A stretch of DNA of 46,716 nt from a phage (GCA_018580065.1 GCA_018580065.1_4845.1); one strand, 5' to 3'. Shown: positions 1 through 8,249, counted from the first letter of the stretch. Notes: a model not told the origin generated them from the letters alone. Made by a program: numbers and translations.

Positions 1-120
1 AAAAAAAAACTCCTGTCGGAAAGCGAGATGCGCATCTCTCCGATTTCTGTTAGTGGCGTGCGATTGCTCATGTTTTGCATCCTGAATTTGACTGATGTTG
101 ATTATATCATCTCAGTGGTG

Positions 121-149
121 TTGACACCTGTGAGGCGGTGATGTAGATT
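121..149 (+). promoter_or_regulatory. sigma70-like promoter, TTGACA-17nt-TAGATT
   Basis: TTGACA at 121-126, 17-nt spacer, TAGATT at 144-149; GAGGTGA RBS before ATG 185. Confidence 0.55.
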
Positions 150-184
150 CAATTCATCGAAACGAGATATGAATGAGGTGAGTT

Positions 185-478
185 ATGAAAATTAAAATGT
201 TGATTGCATCTGCTTTACTGGTTTCTTCTTTTCCCGTCAGCGCAACTTCAGAGATGTGCAAAAACATCGGAGAAATTGCCATGAATACCGCCGATGTTCG
301 CGACAGCGGTATCAGTAAGAATCTTGCCGAGGTGGTAGTAAAAGGCTCTGCAAAAAACAACGAATCAGCAGAAATAATCGGCCTTGCTATCGTAGAAATG
401 GTTTATGCGCGCAAGGATATGACTAAAGAGCAATTGCGTGATGTGGCTGTTGCTTTGTGCGAAAAGAATGGCATGTAA
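185..478 (+). CDS. small secreted/periplasmic protein with N-terminal signal peptide
   Basis: ORF track 97 aa; N-terminus MKIKMLIASALLVSSFPVSATS is a typical Sec signal; strong RBS. Confidence 0.6.
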   Translation: MKIKMLIASALLVSSFPVSATSEMCKNIGEIAMNTADVRDSGISKNLAEVVVKGSAKNNESAEIIGLAIVEMVYARKDMTKEQLRDVAVALCEKNGM

Positions 479-510
479 TATAAACAAGTTATTAACAGTT
501 GAGGTTAGCT

Positions 511-705
511 ATGGACGTTGTTATTTTGTTGCTTTTCGCTGGATTGGTTATATTTGCTTATCTTCTCCCGTCATTTGTGGCATTGCAAAGAAAGCACACA
601 AATGCGACCGCAATCTGTGTATTGAATATTCTTGTCGGATGGAGCTTTGTTGGGTGGGTTGCAGCACTTGTTTGGGCGTTAGTTAACAGTGGCGACAAGA
701 AATGA
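511..705 (+). CDS. superinfection-immunity-like small membrane protein (Imm_superinfect-type)
   Basis: Two TM helices with PSFVALQRKHTN...NILVGWSFVGWVAALVWAL pattern; ATG 511 preceded by GAGG (ORF track starts at TTG 499). Confidence 0.6.
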   Translation: MDVVILLLFAGLVIFAYLLPSFVALQRKHTNATAICVLNILVGWSFVGWVAALVWALVNSGDKK

Positions 706-845
706 ACGAGCAAACAAAAGCAGACCTGATTTTCTACACTGATCTGTATGTCGATGCAGGTTACGACTATGAAGAAGCCGAACGCATGGCGAAAGATTTG
801 CTTCGTGTGATTGGTGTGATTTTTGAAGAGGATAAGGTCATATGA
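702..845 (+). CDS. hypothetical small protein (47 aa), translationally coupled
   Basis: ATGA overlap with stop of upstream gene and with start of downstream gene; below ORF-track size cutoff. Confidence 0.35.
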   Translation: MNEQTKADLIFYTDLYVDAGYDYEEAERMAKDLLRVIGVIFEEDKVI

Positions 846-1060
846 AAATATCGCTAATTGATGACAAATGTGTATTAAATGCTGTAGGAAAGATGCTTCA
901 TGGAGAGCCTACATATTACATCAGAAACCTGCTTAGCTATACATATCCTGGGATTGACACGCCGTCAGTTCTTAGGAAGTTAAAATATATGGAAAAGAGA
1001 GGCTTAGTAAGAATGGTAAGAAGCCCAAACTTACTTAATAATATTAGCTGGACTAAGTAA
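842..1060 (+). CDS. hypothetical protein, AT-rich
   Basis: ORF track 72 aa; last gene of the 4-gene cassette; followed by hairpin terminator. Confidence 0.45.
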   Translation: MKISLIDDKCVLNAVGKMLHGEPTYYIRNLLSYTYPGIDTPSVLRKLKYMEKRGLVRMVRSPNLLNNISWTK

Positions 1061-1063
1061 ACA

Positions 1064-1088
1064 AAGCCCCTTTCGGGGCTTTTTCTTT
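1064..1088. terminator. bidirectional intrinsic terminator
   Basis: GCCCC-tttc-GGGGC stem-loop followed by TTTTTCTTT; sits between convergent genes. Confidence 0.7.
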
Positions 1089-1089
1089 A

Positions 1090-1806
1090 TCATGATACGG
1101 TGCACGCCGTGCTGATGATAATTTCAGGGTCGGTAGATGAGTCCGTCACTGTGACTGTATACACGCCAGCAGTTGGGCTTGCCAGTGATGCGCCAGACTC
1201 ACCACCAACAACCACACCATCTTTGCGCCAAACGTAGGTGTATGGTGCGACACCACCTTCAACAGCAACAGTTAACTGGCTGCCAGTGCTGCCAGTTGAT
1301 TGCAGGTCGGTGGTGAACTTCAGTGGCTCAAGGCTTTCGACGGTAACGCTGTCAGAATCGTAAACCTTGAACTCAAGGCTGCCAGTGACGATGTCGTTCG
1401 TGCCACCTTCGTAGCTGATGCTGGTAATGTTGCAGTACGCGGTAACGATAGTTGCACCAGTCACCTCGCGTACCCACAAAGAAGGCTGGCGACGCGCTTT
1501 CAGTTCAGTGGCGTAAATCTCAACCAGACGATGGAAGCCAAACTCATCGCTCGGGTCATTCTTGCGGATTTCCACTTCTGCGCTGATGGTCATATCAGAG
1601 CTGGTAACGAGAGTGGAAACAAAACCTCCAGCGGTATCCGCTTCAGACGTGGTAGTCTGCGGAGAGTAGTCAACACCTTTGCTGGTGGTTGAACCTAAAT
1701 ACTTCCAGTCTTCTGCATCAGGAACTGCGTCACCGCACCCTTCAGCAAGGAACAGTCGGGTCATGCGACCGACCAGAGCACCCTTATCATTTGCACAAAT
1801 AGCCAT
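1090..1806 (-). CDS. major tail (tube) protein with C-terminal Ig-like domain
   Basis: 238 aa; position downstream of connector genes; Thr/Val-rich C-terminal beta-sandwich-like segment (TYVWRKDG...VYTVTVTD). Confidence 0.55.
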   Translation of the reverse strand: MAICANDKGALVGRMTRLFLAEGCGDAVPDAEDWKYLGSTTSKGVDYSPQTTTSEADTAGGFVSTLVTSSDMTISAEVEIRKNDPSDEFGFHRLVEIYATELKARRQPSLWVREVTGATIVTAYCNITSISYEGGTNDIVTGSLEFKVYDSDSVTVESLEPLKFTTDLQSTGSTGSQLTVAVEGGVAPYTYVWRKDGVVVGGESGASLASPTAGVYTVTVTDSSTDPEIIISTACTVS

Positions 1807-1857
1807 TTCGATCTCCGAATTGTGTTAGCTGCTAACGTGGTGATTATATCACAGGTG

Positions 1858-1886
1858 TTGACAGTGATTATTTTGTGGTGTAGATT
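1858..1886 (+). promoter_or_regulatory. sigma70-like promoter, TTGACA-17nt-TAGATT
   Basis: TTGACA 1858-1863, TAGATT 1881-1886; no protein-coding ORF follows, leads into non-coding region and tRNA. Confidence 0.5.
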
Positions 1887-1894
1887 TATATGCA

Positions 1895-2326
1895 ACAGAG
1901 ATTTGTTCCCTGATTTCATTTAATTACAGCAAGTCCTTTAATTAAATTAGCGGTCGAGAGACGCCGGACGCGTAACCGGCACACAACAGGTGAGAGCATT
2001 TGGTGAATCGGCGATACTGCCCCACAAGCCCGTAGCCATCGATAGAGGTAGACAAGTGCTCTTTCCGTTGTGGTGAATGCGCAGGCTGATGCGCTAACTC
2101 GCGTGGGTTCCGGTGGTTTCACCGGGTAGACAGGGATTAACTGACCTGCCTCCGTAGATGAAAAGGCTAGCGGCCACAAGACACGGGGAATCATCAAGCC
2201 GGAAATCAGCACCGGCCACCACAACACTTAATATCCAGCATTATCGCAATCATATATAGGGGTATGTATGGGTTACGGGGCTGGATATTAAGAAAGCACG
2301 CTGGCAATGCTTAAACCAGCACTTAT
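1895..2326 (+). ncRNA. candidate structured non-coding RNA / long tRNA leader
   Basis: ~430 nt without plausible ORF between promoter and tRNA; several local hairpins (CCGGTG-gttt-CACCGG, GCGC-n8-GCGC, 10-bp inverted repeat AATATCCAGC...GCTGGATATT). Confidence 0.3.
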
Positions 2327-2403
2327 GGACGCGTAGCTTAATTGGTTAAAGCAACCGACTCATAATCGGCTGATTGAAGGTTCAAATCCGTCCGTGTCCA
2401 CCA
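2327..2403 (+). tRNA. tRNA with anticodon CAT (Met elongator-type or Ile2)
   Basis: Hand-folded cloverleaf: 7-bp acceptor stem GGACGCG/CGTGTCC, U8, D-loop with GG, anticodon loop CTCATAA, T-loop TTCAAAT, 3' ACCA; two stem mismatches. Confidence 0.7.
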
Positions 2404-2407
2404 AATT

Positions 2408-2438
2408 AAAAGCCGCTTCGTGCGGCTTTATTTATTTC
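2408..2438. terminator. intrinsic terminator after tRNA
   Basis: AAGCCGC-ttcgt-GCGGCTT hairpin followed by TATTTATTT. Confidence 0.65.
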
Positions 2439-2800
2439 ACAACCCGCAAAAGCAACTCATGCACAGGTCTTTTCTCTTCCGTCAGCATTGGCCTACCGAG
2501 CGGAGCCTGCAACTGGATGTAGTTAACGCATGAATCAATCGGATGGGTTTTGATGTATTCGATAATCTCATTGGCTTTAGCGTCAACATCAGCCACATTG
2601 TATTGTCCTTGTTTCCCAACAATGTACAACGAGAAATAGAAGTCACCACCGAGGTCGTCCATAACCTGCGTTCCACCGTTGGATTGCAGGACAATAAACT
2701 GCTCGTTTCCATCTCCGGTGTCATTCCAGAACTGCAACTGCGAAGTCCAGCCATTATACAACCCGGCATCCTGAAGATATGCGTCAACCAGTTCAAGCAT
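2432..2800 (-). CDS. tail terminator / tail completion-like protein (by position)
   Basis: ORF track 124 aa (GTG at 2806, ATG at 2800); last small gene before major tail gene. Confidence 0.4.
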   Translation of the reverse strand: MLELVDAYLQDAGLYNGWTSQLQFWNDTGDGNEQFIVLQSNGGTQVMDDLGGDFYFSLYIVGKQGQYNVADVDAKANEIIEYIKTHPIDSCVNYIQLQAPLGRPMLTEEKRPVHELLLRVVK

Positions 2801-2802
2801 AT

Positions 2803-3204
2803 TCACAGTTTCATCTCCTTCTTAATCACGCTGTCAACCAGGTCTTTTGTGCGTTGCGCCGCTTTGGTCAGAAATTGCGGCTCACCGCCCGGACTCCAAT
2901 ATGTGCCATTACCGTTGCTGCGCGGTTTGCCTGTAAGTTTTCCACTGGCGTTGTGGGCGTACAGCGCATATTTCGCAGAGTAGCCAACCTTACCAGTGAT
3001 TCGCGTTCCGCTAACTTCCACGGTATCAAACTGACTGTTAATCAGCGTTGATGTGTCAATTGGCGTTAGTGTGGCTGATTCGGTGCGGATGATGTATGTC
3101 GCCGATTTCAGAGCGCGCACAGCTTTCGTGGCGATTATCTCATCCACAATCTGCGATGTTCTTTCTACGGCCTGCCGGACGCCTCTTAATTTCGCTGGCA
3201 TCAT
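2803..3204 (-). CDS. head-tail connector protein, HK97 gp10-like (tentative)
   Basis: 133 aa; coupled overlaps with both neighbours; position within connector gene set. Confidence 0.4.
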   Translation of the reverse strand: MMPAKLRGVRQAVERTSQIVDEIIATKAVRALKSATYIIRTESATLTPIDTSTLINSQFDTVEVSGTRITGKVGYSAKYALYAHNASGKLTGKPRSNGNGTYWSPGGEPQFLTKAAQRTKDLVDSVIKKEMKL

Positions 3205-3542
3205 GTCACCAGTGCGAAATCAGGTGGCTCAGCGCGATTGAACGTATTGCCATAATTAATCACATTCAGAATCTGATTTGCGCCAGCAACCAGCGGGTCA
3301 GCTTCTGTCACCGTGCCAATCATGATGTAGTCGCCAGTCTTAGCACCAACATACTCAGTCCAGAACGTATTCTTCTGCACAATCTCATTGCCTTTCGCAT
3401 CGGTAGATACATCATCGTTAAAACCATAATCGCACATGATGCTCACTGGCTCATCAAAAGTCGGCTTGCCGTACTTGTCGGTTCCGGTCTTGTGCCAGAT
3501 AGTGCATGGCTGCGTGTAAGAAAACCGAGAGATTGAGGTCAT
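3201..3542 (-). CDS. head-tail joining / head closure protein (by position)
   Basis: 113 aa ORF in connector operon. Confidence 0.35.
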   Translation of the reverse strand: MTSISRFSYTQPCTIWHKTGTDKYGKPTFDEPVSIMCDYGFNDDVSTDAKGNEIVQKNTFWTEYVGAKTGDYIMIGTVTEADPLVAGANQILNVINYGNTFNRAEPPDFALVT

Positions 3543-4150
3543 AAAACATTCCTATATGAACGATTTTTCTTGATGTGCTGGATAGCACCTTTAGACACGC
3601 CAAACTCATCAGCAAGTGATTGTGAGTGCTCTCCATTTGCTAGTCTGGTTCTCACCTCCCTAACCTGATCATCAGTTAATTTAGCGTGTTTTGGAGTCCT
3701 GCCGAACATTGGGTTTTTCTCGCCAATTCTTGATTGCGATATTTTCTTTCTTGTTTCTTCTGTTTTTGGACCCATAGAGCAAGGTGGTGTTTTCCCATAC
3801 CAGCAGTTATTCTTTCCCATCCTGCTTTTGCTCATTTTAGCTTTAGCCACATCTGTTGCCTGAACCCCCAAGCACGTACCAGCTATTTTTGCCACATTAT
3901 ATTGAGGACTTAGCTTGTCTATGTAGAATTGCTCTCTACTAAGCAGGATTGATTCATCGTTAACAATTTCAAGAATTGAAAATCTGAATAATGACTCGCC
4001 ATATTTTGCTCCATCATTATACAACCTGTGTGGGCTGTGCATGCCATTCCTCATTTTGTATCGATGCACAGCAATTCTATTGGTGTAGCTTATTGTTGAA
4101 CCAACATAAATCTCTTTAGTTATTGTATTTTCAATCTGATATACAGCCAT
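3539..4150 (-). CDS. GIY-YIG homing endonuclease (Seg/I-TevI-like)
   Basis: N-terminal VYQIEN...KEIYVGST (GIY...YIG) motif, NUMOD3-like repeats (KMSKSRMGKNN, ISQSRIGEKNPMFG), C-terminal HTH-like; ORF track begins 4168, MAVYQ start at 4150. Confidence 0.75.
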   Translation of the reverse strand: MAVYQIENTITKEIYVGSTISYTNRIAVHRYKMRNGMHSPHRLYNDGAKYGESLFRFSILEIVNDESILLSREQFYIDKLSPQYNVAKIAGTCLGVQATDVAKAKMSKSRMGKNNCWYGKTPPCSMGPKTEETRKKISQSRIGEKNPMFGRTPKHAKLTDDQVREVRTRLANGEHSQSLADEFGVSKGAIQHIKKNRSYRNVL

Positions 4151-4158
4151 CACTCTCT

Positions 4159-4551
4159 TCATTTGCACTTACTCCCACGAACAACCGCAAACCACGGTTT
4201 ACCGCTTCCGTCAGGGTCTTCCACTAAATCGCCAGTGCATCCGGCTGTATCCAGTAGCTTCATCTGATTGTACAGTGCCACCCACGGCTTGCTACCATAC
4301 GCGAATGATTGTGATGCGCCAGAAGGTGCGCTCTGCCTGGTGACGTAGCGCCCTGCGGTATTTGCGCTAATCAGGATGGAAGCCCACAGCATGATCGCAT
4401 TTTGTCGGCATTCATCATTTGGATAGTTCAGTTCAAGGCATTCGCTGATTGATGACACAAGGCACAGAATGCCAGACGCATCTGTCGTGGTGATGGTCAT
4501 CCCGCGCGACGCCATCTGACTGACCAGTTCTTCAGGTGTTGGTGCTGCCAT
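4159..4551 (-). CDS. hypothetical protein, possible head-tail connector component
   Basis: ORF track 142 aa from TTG; ATG at 4551 with GGGAG RBS. Confidence 0.35.
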   Translation of the reverse strand: MAAPTPEELVSQMASRGMTITTTDASGILCLVSSISECLELNYPNDECRQNAIMLWASILISANTAGRYVTRQSAPSGASQSFAYGSKPWVALYNQMKLLDTAGCTGDLVEDPDGSGKPWFAVVRGSKCK

Positions 4552-4816
4552 TTCTTTTCGACTCCCGTACCTTCCACCACATTTCAAACAGGTTCTTTAT
4601 TACCAGAGACAGAGCGCCGAGGATTGACGCTACTGCCGCCCACTCTGTCAGGCTGTGTGGAATCATAGCCTCAAAATAAGATTGCGTGACAGGTGCTTGT
4701 TCTGCAACTTTCAGACCGATACCGGTGCCAATAGAAGCGTATCCTGCCTTGTCAATCACCTGTCCTGTCGTTCCGCTTATAATCTGCTCTGCGACTTGCC
4801 TTAGTGTCCCGTTCAT
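4532..4816 (-). CDS. hypothetical protein with C-terminal hydrophobic helix
   Basis: ORF track 94 aa, ATG start. Confidence 0.4.
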   Translation of the reverse strand: MNGTLRQVAEQIISGTTGQVIDKAGYASIGTGIGLKVAEQAPVTQSYFEAMIPHSLTEWAAVASILGALSLVIKNLFEMWWKVRESKRNGSTNT

Positions 4817-4848
4817 TGCGTGTCTCGCTGATGATATGTTTCCAGCAC

Positions 4849-5289
4849 TTATAGATTTGAATCAGCGAAAAAACAATGGCGACCACGCCAAGAATAATGT
4901 CCAATTTCGCCGCCCCATTTAAAAGTGATGGAAAGGATGAACAGATGGATGCCGATAATAATAAATGCGTACTGCACATGAAGCGGCGTTTCTACAGGCG
5001 TGATAAATTCCCATACGAATGACTCTATCGCAACCAGCCATTCGTAAAGGCTCATCGTCAGCACGCAAAGCGCCATCTTTGTACTTTTGCGCAGCGCAAT
5101 AGCCGGAAACAACCAGACCATAGACTGCGCAAGGTAATACAGATATTCGGCGGGAAATGAATCAACAAGCACCCATCCAAGATACACAGACATCACCATT
5201 GCCGGAATGAACACCAGAAACGCGAACATGCCTGTGCAGGCAAAACCCAGCACATACATGATCATGATGGTAACATCTGCGCCGAACAT
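4849..5289 (-). CDS. polytopic membrane protein (about 4 TM helices)
   Basis: ORF track 146 aa, hydrophobic segments throughout. Confidence 0.5.
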   Translation of the reverse strand: MFGADVTIMIMYVLGFACTGMFAFLVFIPAMVMSVYLGWVLVDSFPAEYLYYLAQSMVWLFPAIALRKSTKMALCVLTMSLYEWLVAIESFVWEFITPVETPLHVQYAFIIIGIHLFILSITFKWGGEIGHYSWRGRHCFFADSNL

Positions 5290-5291
5290 TA

Positions 5292-5411
5292 TTTTTTACC
5301 GCGTGATGGTGAGCGGGTGGAGCCGTTTGGTTTCACTGCGCCAGTTTTGCCGCCGGTTTTGGTGTTACCAGTAGCGCGTGAACGAGACGGACCGTTTGTT
5401 GAACCCATGTT
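5292..5411 (-). CDS. small basic protein (39 aa)
   Basis: AGGAG RBS 7 nt before ATG; stop overlaps start of next gene (TAATG); below ORF-track cutoff. Confidence 0.3.
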
Positions 5412-5455
5412 TAAATCTCCTGTTGTTTGATTAGCATGATTTTAGCATATTCCTG

Positions 5456-5484
5456 TTGACGTAGATTGATGGTGTGTTTATAGT
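5456..5484 (+). promoter_or_regulatory. sigma70-like promoter, TTGACG-17nt-TATAGT, with two copies of the GACGTAGA motif
   Basis: TTGACGTAGATT at 5456-5467, TATAGT 5479-5484, second motif copy GTGACGTAGAAA at 5487-5498. Confidence 0.6.
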
Positions 5485-5524
5485 TAGTGACGTAGAAACA
5501 ACAATAAATGTTAGAGGTGATGAA

Positions 5525-5785
5525 ATGTTTGATATTGATAACCCAAGTGATGACAAAGCCAAGCTGATTGATGCGGTCGCTTGCAGTTTCGCATCTTGCC
5601 AGACAGAAGGTGAATATCAGGTTGTGAAAATGTGCATTGTTGAGTTCTTCTCGGCAATCAACATTCCTGATGATGAGGCGGTTGATATTCTGCTGTGTGC
5701 CGCTGGGAGCTCCACTGAGGCGGACGAGTGCATTGATGAACTGGTTGAGGAGTTTGGCGGCATTTTCCAGGGTGATGAGGAGTAA
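5525..5785 (+). CDS. small highly acidic protein, candidate DNA-mimic anti-restriction protein
   Basis: 86 aa from ATG 5525 (RBS AGAGGTGA); very Asp/Glu-rich; first gene after an early-type promoter. Confidence 0.5.
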   Translation: MFDIDNPSDDKAKLIDAVACSFASCQTEGEYQVVKMCIVEFFSAINIPDDEAVDILLCAAGSSTEADECIDELVEEFGGIFQGDEE

Positions 5786-5787
5786 TC

Positions 5788-5979
5788 ATGGCAAACATGT
5801 ACTACTGTATGTTCCGCAATACCGTGATTGATTTTCGTGATTGCGTTGATGCAATTGGTAATGCTGAGTCTATTGACGAGTTCAGCAATTCAGAACACAA
5901 GTCTGCCGAGCGCCTGTACCATCTGGCTAATGAGTACGTCGCATATTACGAGCAATTGTTAGAAGAAAGTGGTGAATGA
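5788..5979 (+). CDS. hypothetical acidic protein
   Basis: ORF track 63 aa. Confidence 0.45.
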   Translation: MANMYYCMFRNTVIDFRDCVDAIGNAESIDEFSNSEHKSAERLYHLANEYVAYYEQLLEESGE

Positions 5980-5980
5980 T

Positions 5981-6790
5981 ATGAAAACACTAAGCAAAAT
6001 CTATTCAGACAAAGAAACACGCAACGGCATCGCTGTTAACAAAACCTATCTCGTGCCAGTGGAGCAAATCTATCTGGAGCCGGGATATAACATCCGTGAA
6101 GCAGATGAGCAGCATGTTGAATATTTTGCGCAGTGCTGGGAGTCCGGCCAGCCATTACCAGCATTAACAGTTATTCCAGACGAGAAGGGAATCCGCATTC
6201 TTGATGGTCAGCATCGCTATCTCGGCGCATTGCGTGCCATTGAGCGCGGAGCACCAATCGTTCGAATTGAGTGCAAGGATTTCACTGGCGACGAGGCGGA
6301 CAAAATCGCCTTCATGGTGTCATCAAGTCAGGGTAAGCAGCTTGACCCGTTTGAGCGCGCAAAGGCTTACACGCGACTGAAAGGCTTCGGCTGGACGAAT
6401 GAAGAAATCGCAAAAAAGGTAGGGCGCTCAGTATCTGACGTGCAAATGCATCTGTCTCTTGGTGATGTTCCGGCGGAAGTAAAAGCGCGAATCAGCGCCG
6501 GGCAAATCAGCTATGCAAATGCCGTAGCAGTAACTCGTGAGCATGGTGACGATGCGGTAAAGGTTATCGACGAGGCGGTCGAGGAAGCCAAAGCGCAAGG
6601 TAAGGATAAGGTCACTGCGAAGGTGCTGAAGTCGAAAAAGATTAAGCCAGTAGACCGTCTGATTGAGTTATTGAAGCCAGCAGACCACGTGATTCTTCCT
6701 GCTGGTCATGTGGTGGCAGAGGATGAGGAATTTATCCAGATTCCTGTTGCTGACATTCACGAGGTTATGGCAATTCTGGAGAAGATGTGA
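5981..6790 (+). CDS. ParB-like nuclease domain protein with C-terminal HTH
   Basis: ILDGQHRYLGALRA motif typical of ParB/Srx N-domain; RBS before ATG 5981. Confidence 0.65.
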   Translation: MKTLSKIYSDKETRNGIAVNKTYLVPVEQIYLEPGYNIREADEQHVEYFAQCWESGQPLPALTVIPDEKGIRILDGQHRYLGALRAIERGAPIVRIECKDFTGDEADKIAFMVSSSQGKQLDPFERAKAYTRLKGFGWTNEEIAKKVGRSVSDVQMHLSLGDVPAEVKARISAGQISYANAVAVTREHGDDAVKVIDEAVEEAKAQGKDKVTAKVLKSKKIKPVDRLIELLKPADHVILPAGHVVAEDEEFIQIPVADIHEVMAILEKM

Positions 6791-7281
6791 TGAACACAAC
6801 TAAAATAAATTGGGGTGATATTTTTCATTATGAAAATGGGGTGCTTAGGTGGAAGCACCAAAAAAGAAAAATGCTAAGTGGCTCTTTAGCTGGGACAATT
6901 GCAAATACAGGATATGTAATCATATGCGTTGATTACAAAAAATTCTTGGCTCACAGAATCATATGGGAGATGTTTAATGGACCAATCCCTGACGGGATGC
7001 AAATTGATCACATTAACCATATTCGTAATGATAACCGCATTGAAAACTTAAGGCTGGTAAGCCATATAGAGAACCATAGAAATCTTAGTAGGCAGAAAAA
7101 TAACAAATCAGGAAGAACTGGCGTTAGCTTTGACAGGAAGAGTGGGTTATGGAGGGCTTATGTATCAAAGATGCATATTGGTTTTTTTGCCAATAAAGAA
7201 GATGCAATATCCGCTAGAGAAAAAGCTGAAACTTCAACTGGGTATCACGAGAATCACGGAGTAAAAAGTGAACGTTTATGA
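6787..7281 (+). CDS. HNH homing endonuclease with AP2-like DNA-binding domain
   Basis: IDHINHIRNDNRIENLRLVSHIENHRN HNH motif; C-terminal GVSFDRKSGLWRAYV AP2-like segment. Confidence 0.8.
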   Translation: MMNTTKINWGDIFHYENGVLRWKHQKRKMLSGSLAGTIANTGYVIICVDYKKFLAHRIIWEMFNGPIPDGMQIDHINHIRNDNRIENLRLVSHIENHRNLSRQKNNKSGRTGVSFDRKSGLWRAYVSKMHIGFFANKEDAISAREKAETSTGYHENHGVKSERL

Positions 7282-7441
7282 TTTTCTCGTCAAGCAACTC
7301 CGCGCCAAGTTGCCTGACATTGACCAGATGGCAATTGATGCGGCGATTCAATATTACAAGCGCAATCAGAGCGCAAAGAAGGGTGGTATTTTTGAAGAAT
7401 GCCTGAAGGTTGCAAAACAGCACATGATTAAGGTGAAGTGA
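7268..7441 (+). CDS. hypothetical small protein (57 aa, GTG start)
   Basis: Fills gap between HNH and next gene; helical basic sequence; start uncertain. Confidence 0.25.
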   Translation: MNVYDFLVKQLRAKLPDIDQMAIDAAIQYYKRNQSAKKGGIFEECLKVAKQHMIKVK

Positions 7442-7977
7442 TGAAACTAAAAATCAGCAAATTATTACTTGAGTCAGCATTAATATTTCAGGCGCGAAAC
7501 GATGTTCGCTACTACCTGAATGGCATCTGCTTCATGCCTGATGGTCGTATTGTCTCAACTGACGGTCATCGCGCATTCATTGGTGGCAGCCATGACAACA
7601 AGCTGACAGAGAATGTGATTATCAAGATGGTAAAGTCGCCAACAAAGCGATATGAATACGCCATAATTGATACCAAGTCGAAAATTGCAACGTATCATGA
7701 TGAAGCTGGCGTGATGGTTGGTACTGGTATCTGCGAAGAGATTGATGGTCGATTCCCTGATATTGATCGCGTCATTCCTAAGCAGACCTTGCCAACAGAG
7801 GAAATTGGCTTCAATGCTGGTTACCTTGTGGATATCGAGAAAGTGGCGAAGCTGTTTAACCCTAAATTCTGTGGGGTTAAGTTTGAACTGAATGGAAACA
7901 CAAATGCCGCAGTTTGCTGTCTTATCGCGCCATCTGGCGAGGCGGCGAAGATTGTTGTTATGCCTATGCGTCTGTAG
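7438..7977 (+). CDS. DnaN (beta sliding clamp) domain-like protein
   Basis: VRYYLNGICF...STDGHRAF resembles the LNGV...ATDGHRLA clamp signature; single-domain size (179 aa). Confidence 0.4.
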   Translation: MMKLKISKLLLESALIFQARNDVRYYLNGICFMPDGRIVSTDGHRAFIGGSHDNKLTENVIIKMVKSPTKRYEYAIIDTKSKIATYHDEAGVMVGTGICEEIDGRFPDIDRVIPKQTLPTEEIGFNAGYLVDIEKVAKLFNPKFCGVKFELNGNTNAAVCCLIAPSGEAAKIVVMPMRL

Positions 7978-7982
7978 CAATA

Positions 7983-8010
7983 AAAAACCCGCATAATGCG
8001 GGTTTTGTTT
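7983..8010. terminator. bidirectional intrinsic terminator
   Basis: AACCCGC-ataat-GCGGGTT flanked by A-run and T-run. Confidence 0.7.
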
Positions 8011-8206
8011 ACTCTGCTTTCTTTTTCTTTGTCGTCTTTTGTTGTGGTGTTGCGACTTCGAAAGACTTTTCCAGTTCTGGCATGATGCGCAATTTTGGTA
8101 GCAGATGCTCGTCTGGTTCGGTAATCACTTCGCCAAGCTGCAACTCACGAATCTTGCCTTTCTCTTTAACAAAGATTCCGCGTGCGATGACTTCGTATTT
8201 GGCCAT
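8009..8206 (-). CDS. hypothetical protein
   Basis: ORF track 65 aa, lysine-rich C-terminus. Confidence 0.4.
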   Translation of the reverse strand: MAKYEVIARGIFVKEKGKIRELQLGEVITEPDEHLLPKLRIMPELEKSFEVATPQQKTTKKKKAE

Positions 8207-8223
8207 TATTCACCTCAAATTTA

Positions 8224-8249
8224 TAAAGGGGCTTTCGCCCCTTTTTATT
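8224..8249. terminator. intrinsic terminator immediately after major capsid gene
   Basis: AAAGGGGC-tttc-GCCCCTTT hairpin with T-run. Confidence 0.65.

Noticed and set aside
1-20. Poly-A run at the window start as a possible genome terminus or packaging signal
   Set aside because: A single 9-nt A-run without flanking repeats cannot be distinguished from an arbitrary assembly breakpoint.
1916-2227. 103-aa minus-strand ORF overlapping the structured region upstream of the tRNA
   Set aside because: Trp/Pro/Arg-rich composition from GC-rich hairpin DNA; no RBS; region better explained as RNA.
2327-2403. Possibility that the phage tRNA is an amber suppressor explaining the post-stop SSB tail
   Set aside because: The anticodon read from the hand-folded cloverleaf is CAT, not CTA, so it cannot decode UAG.
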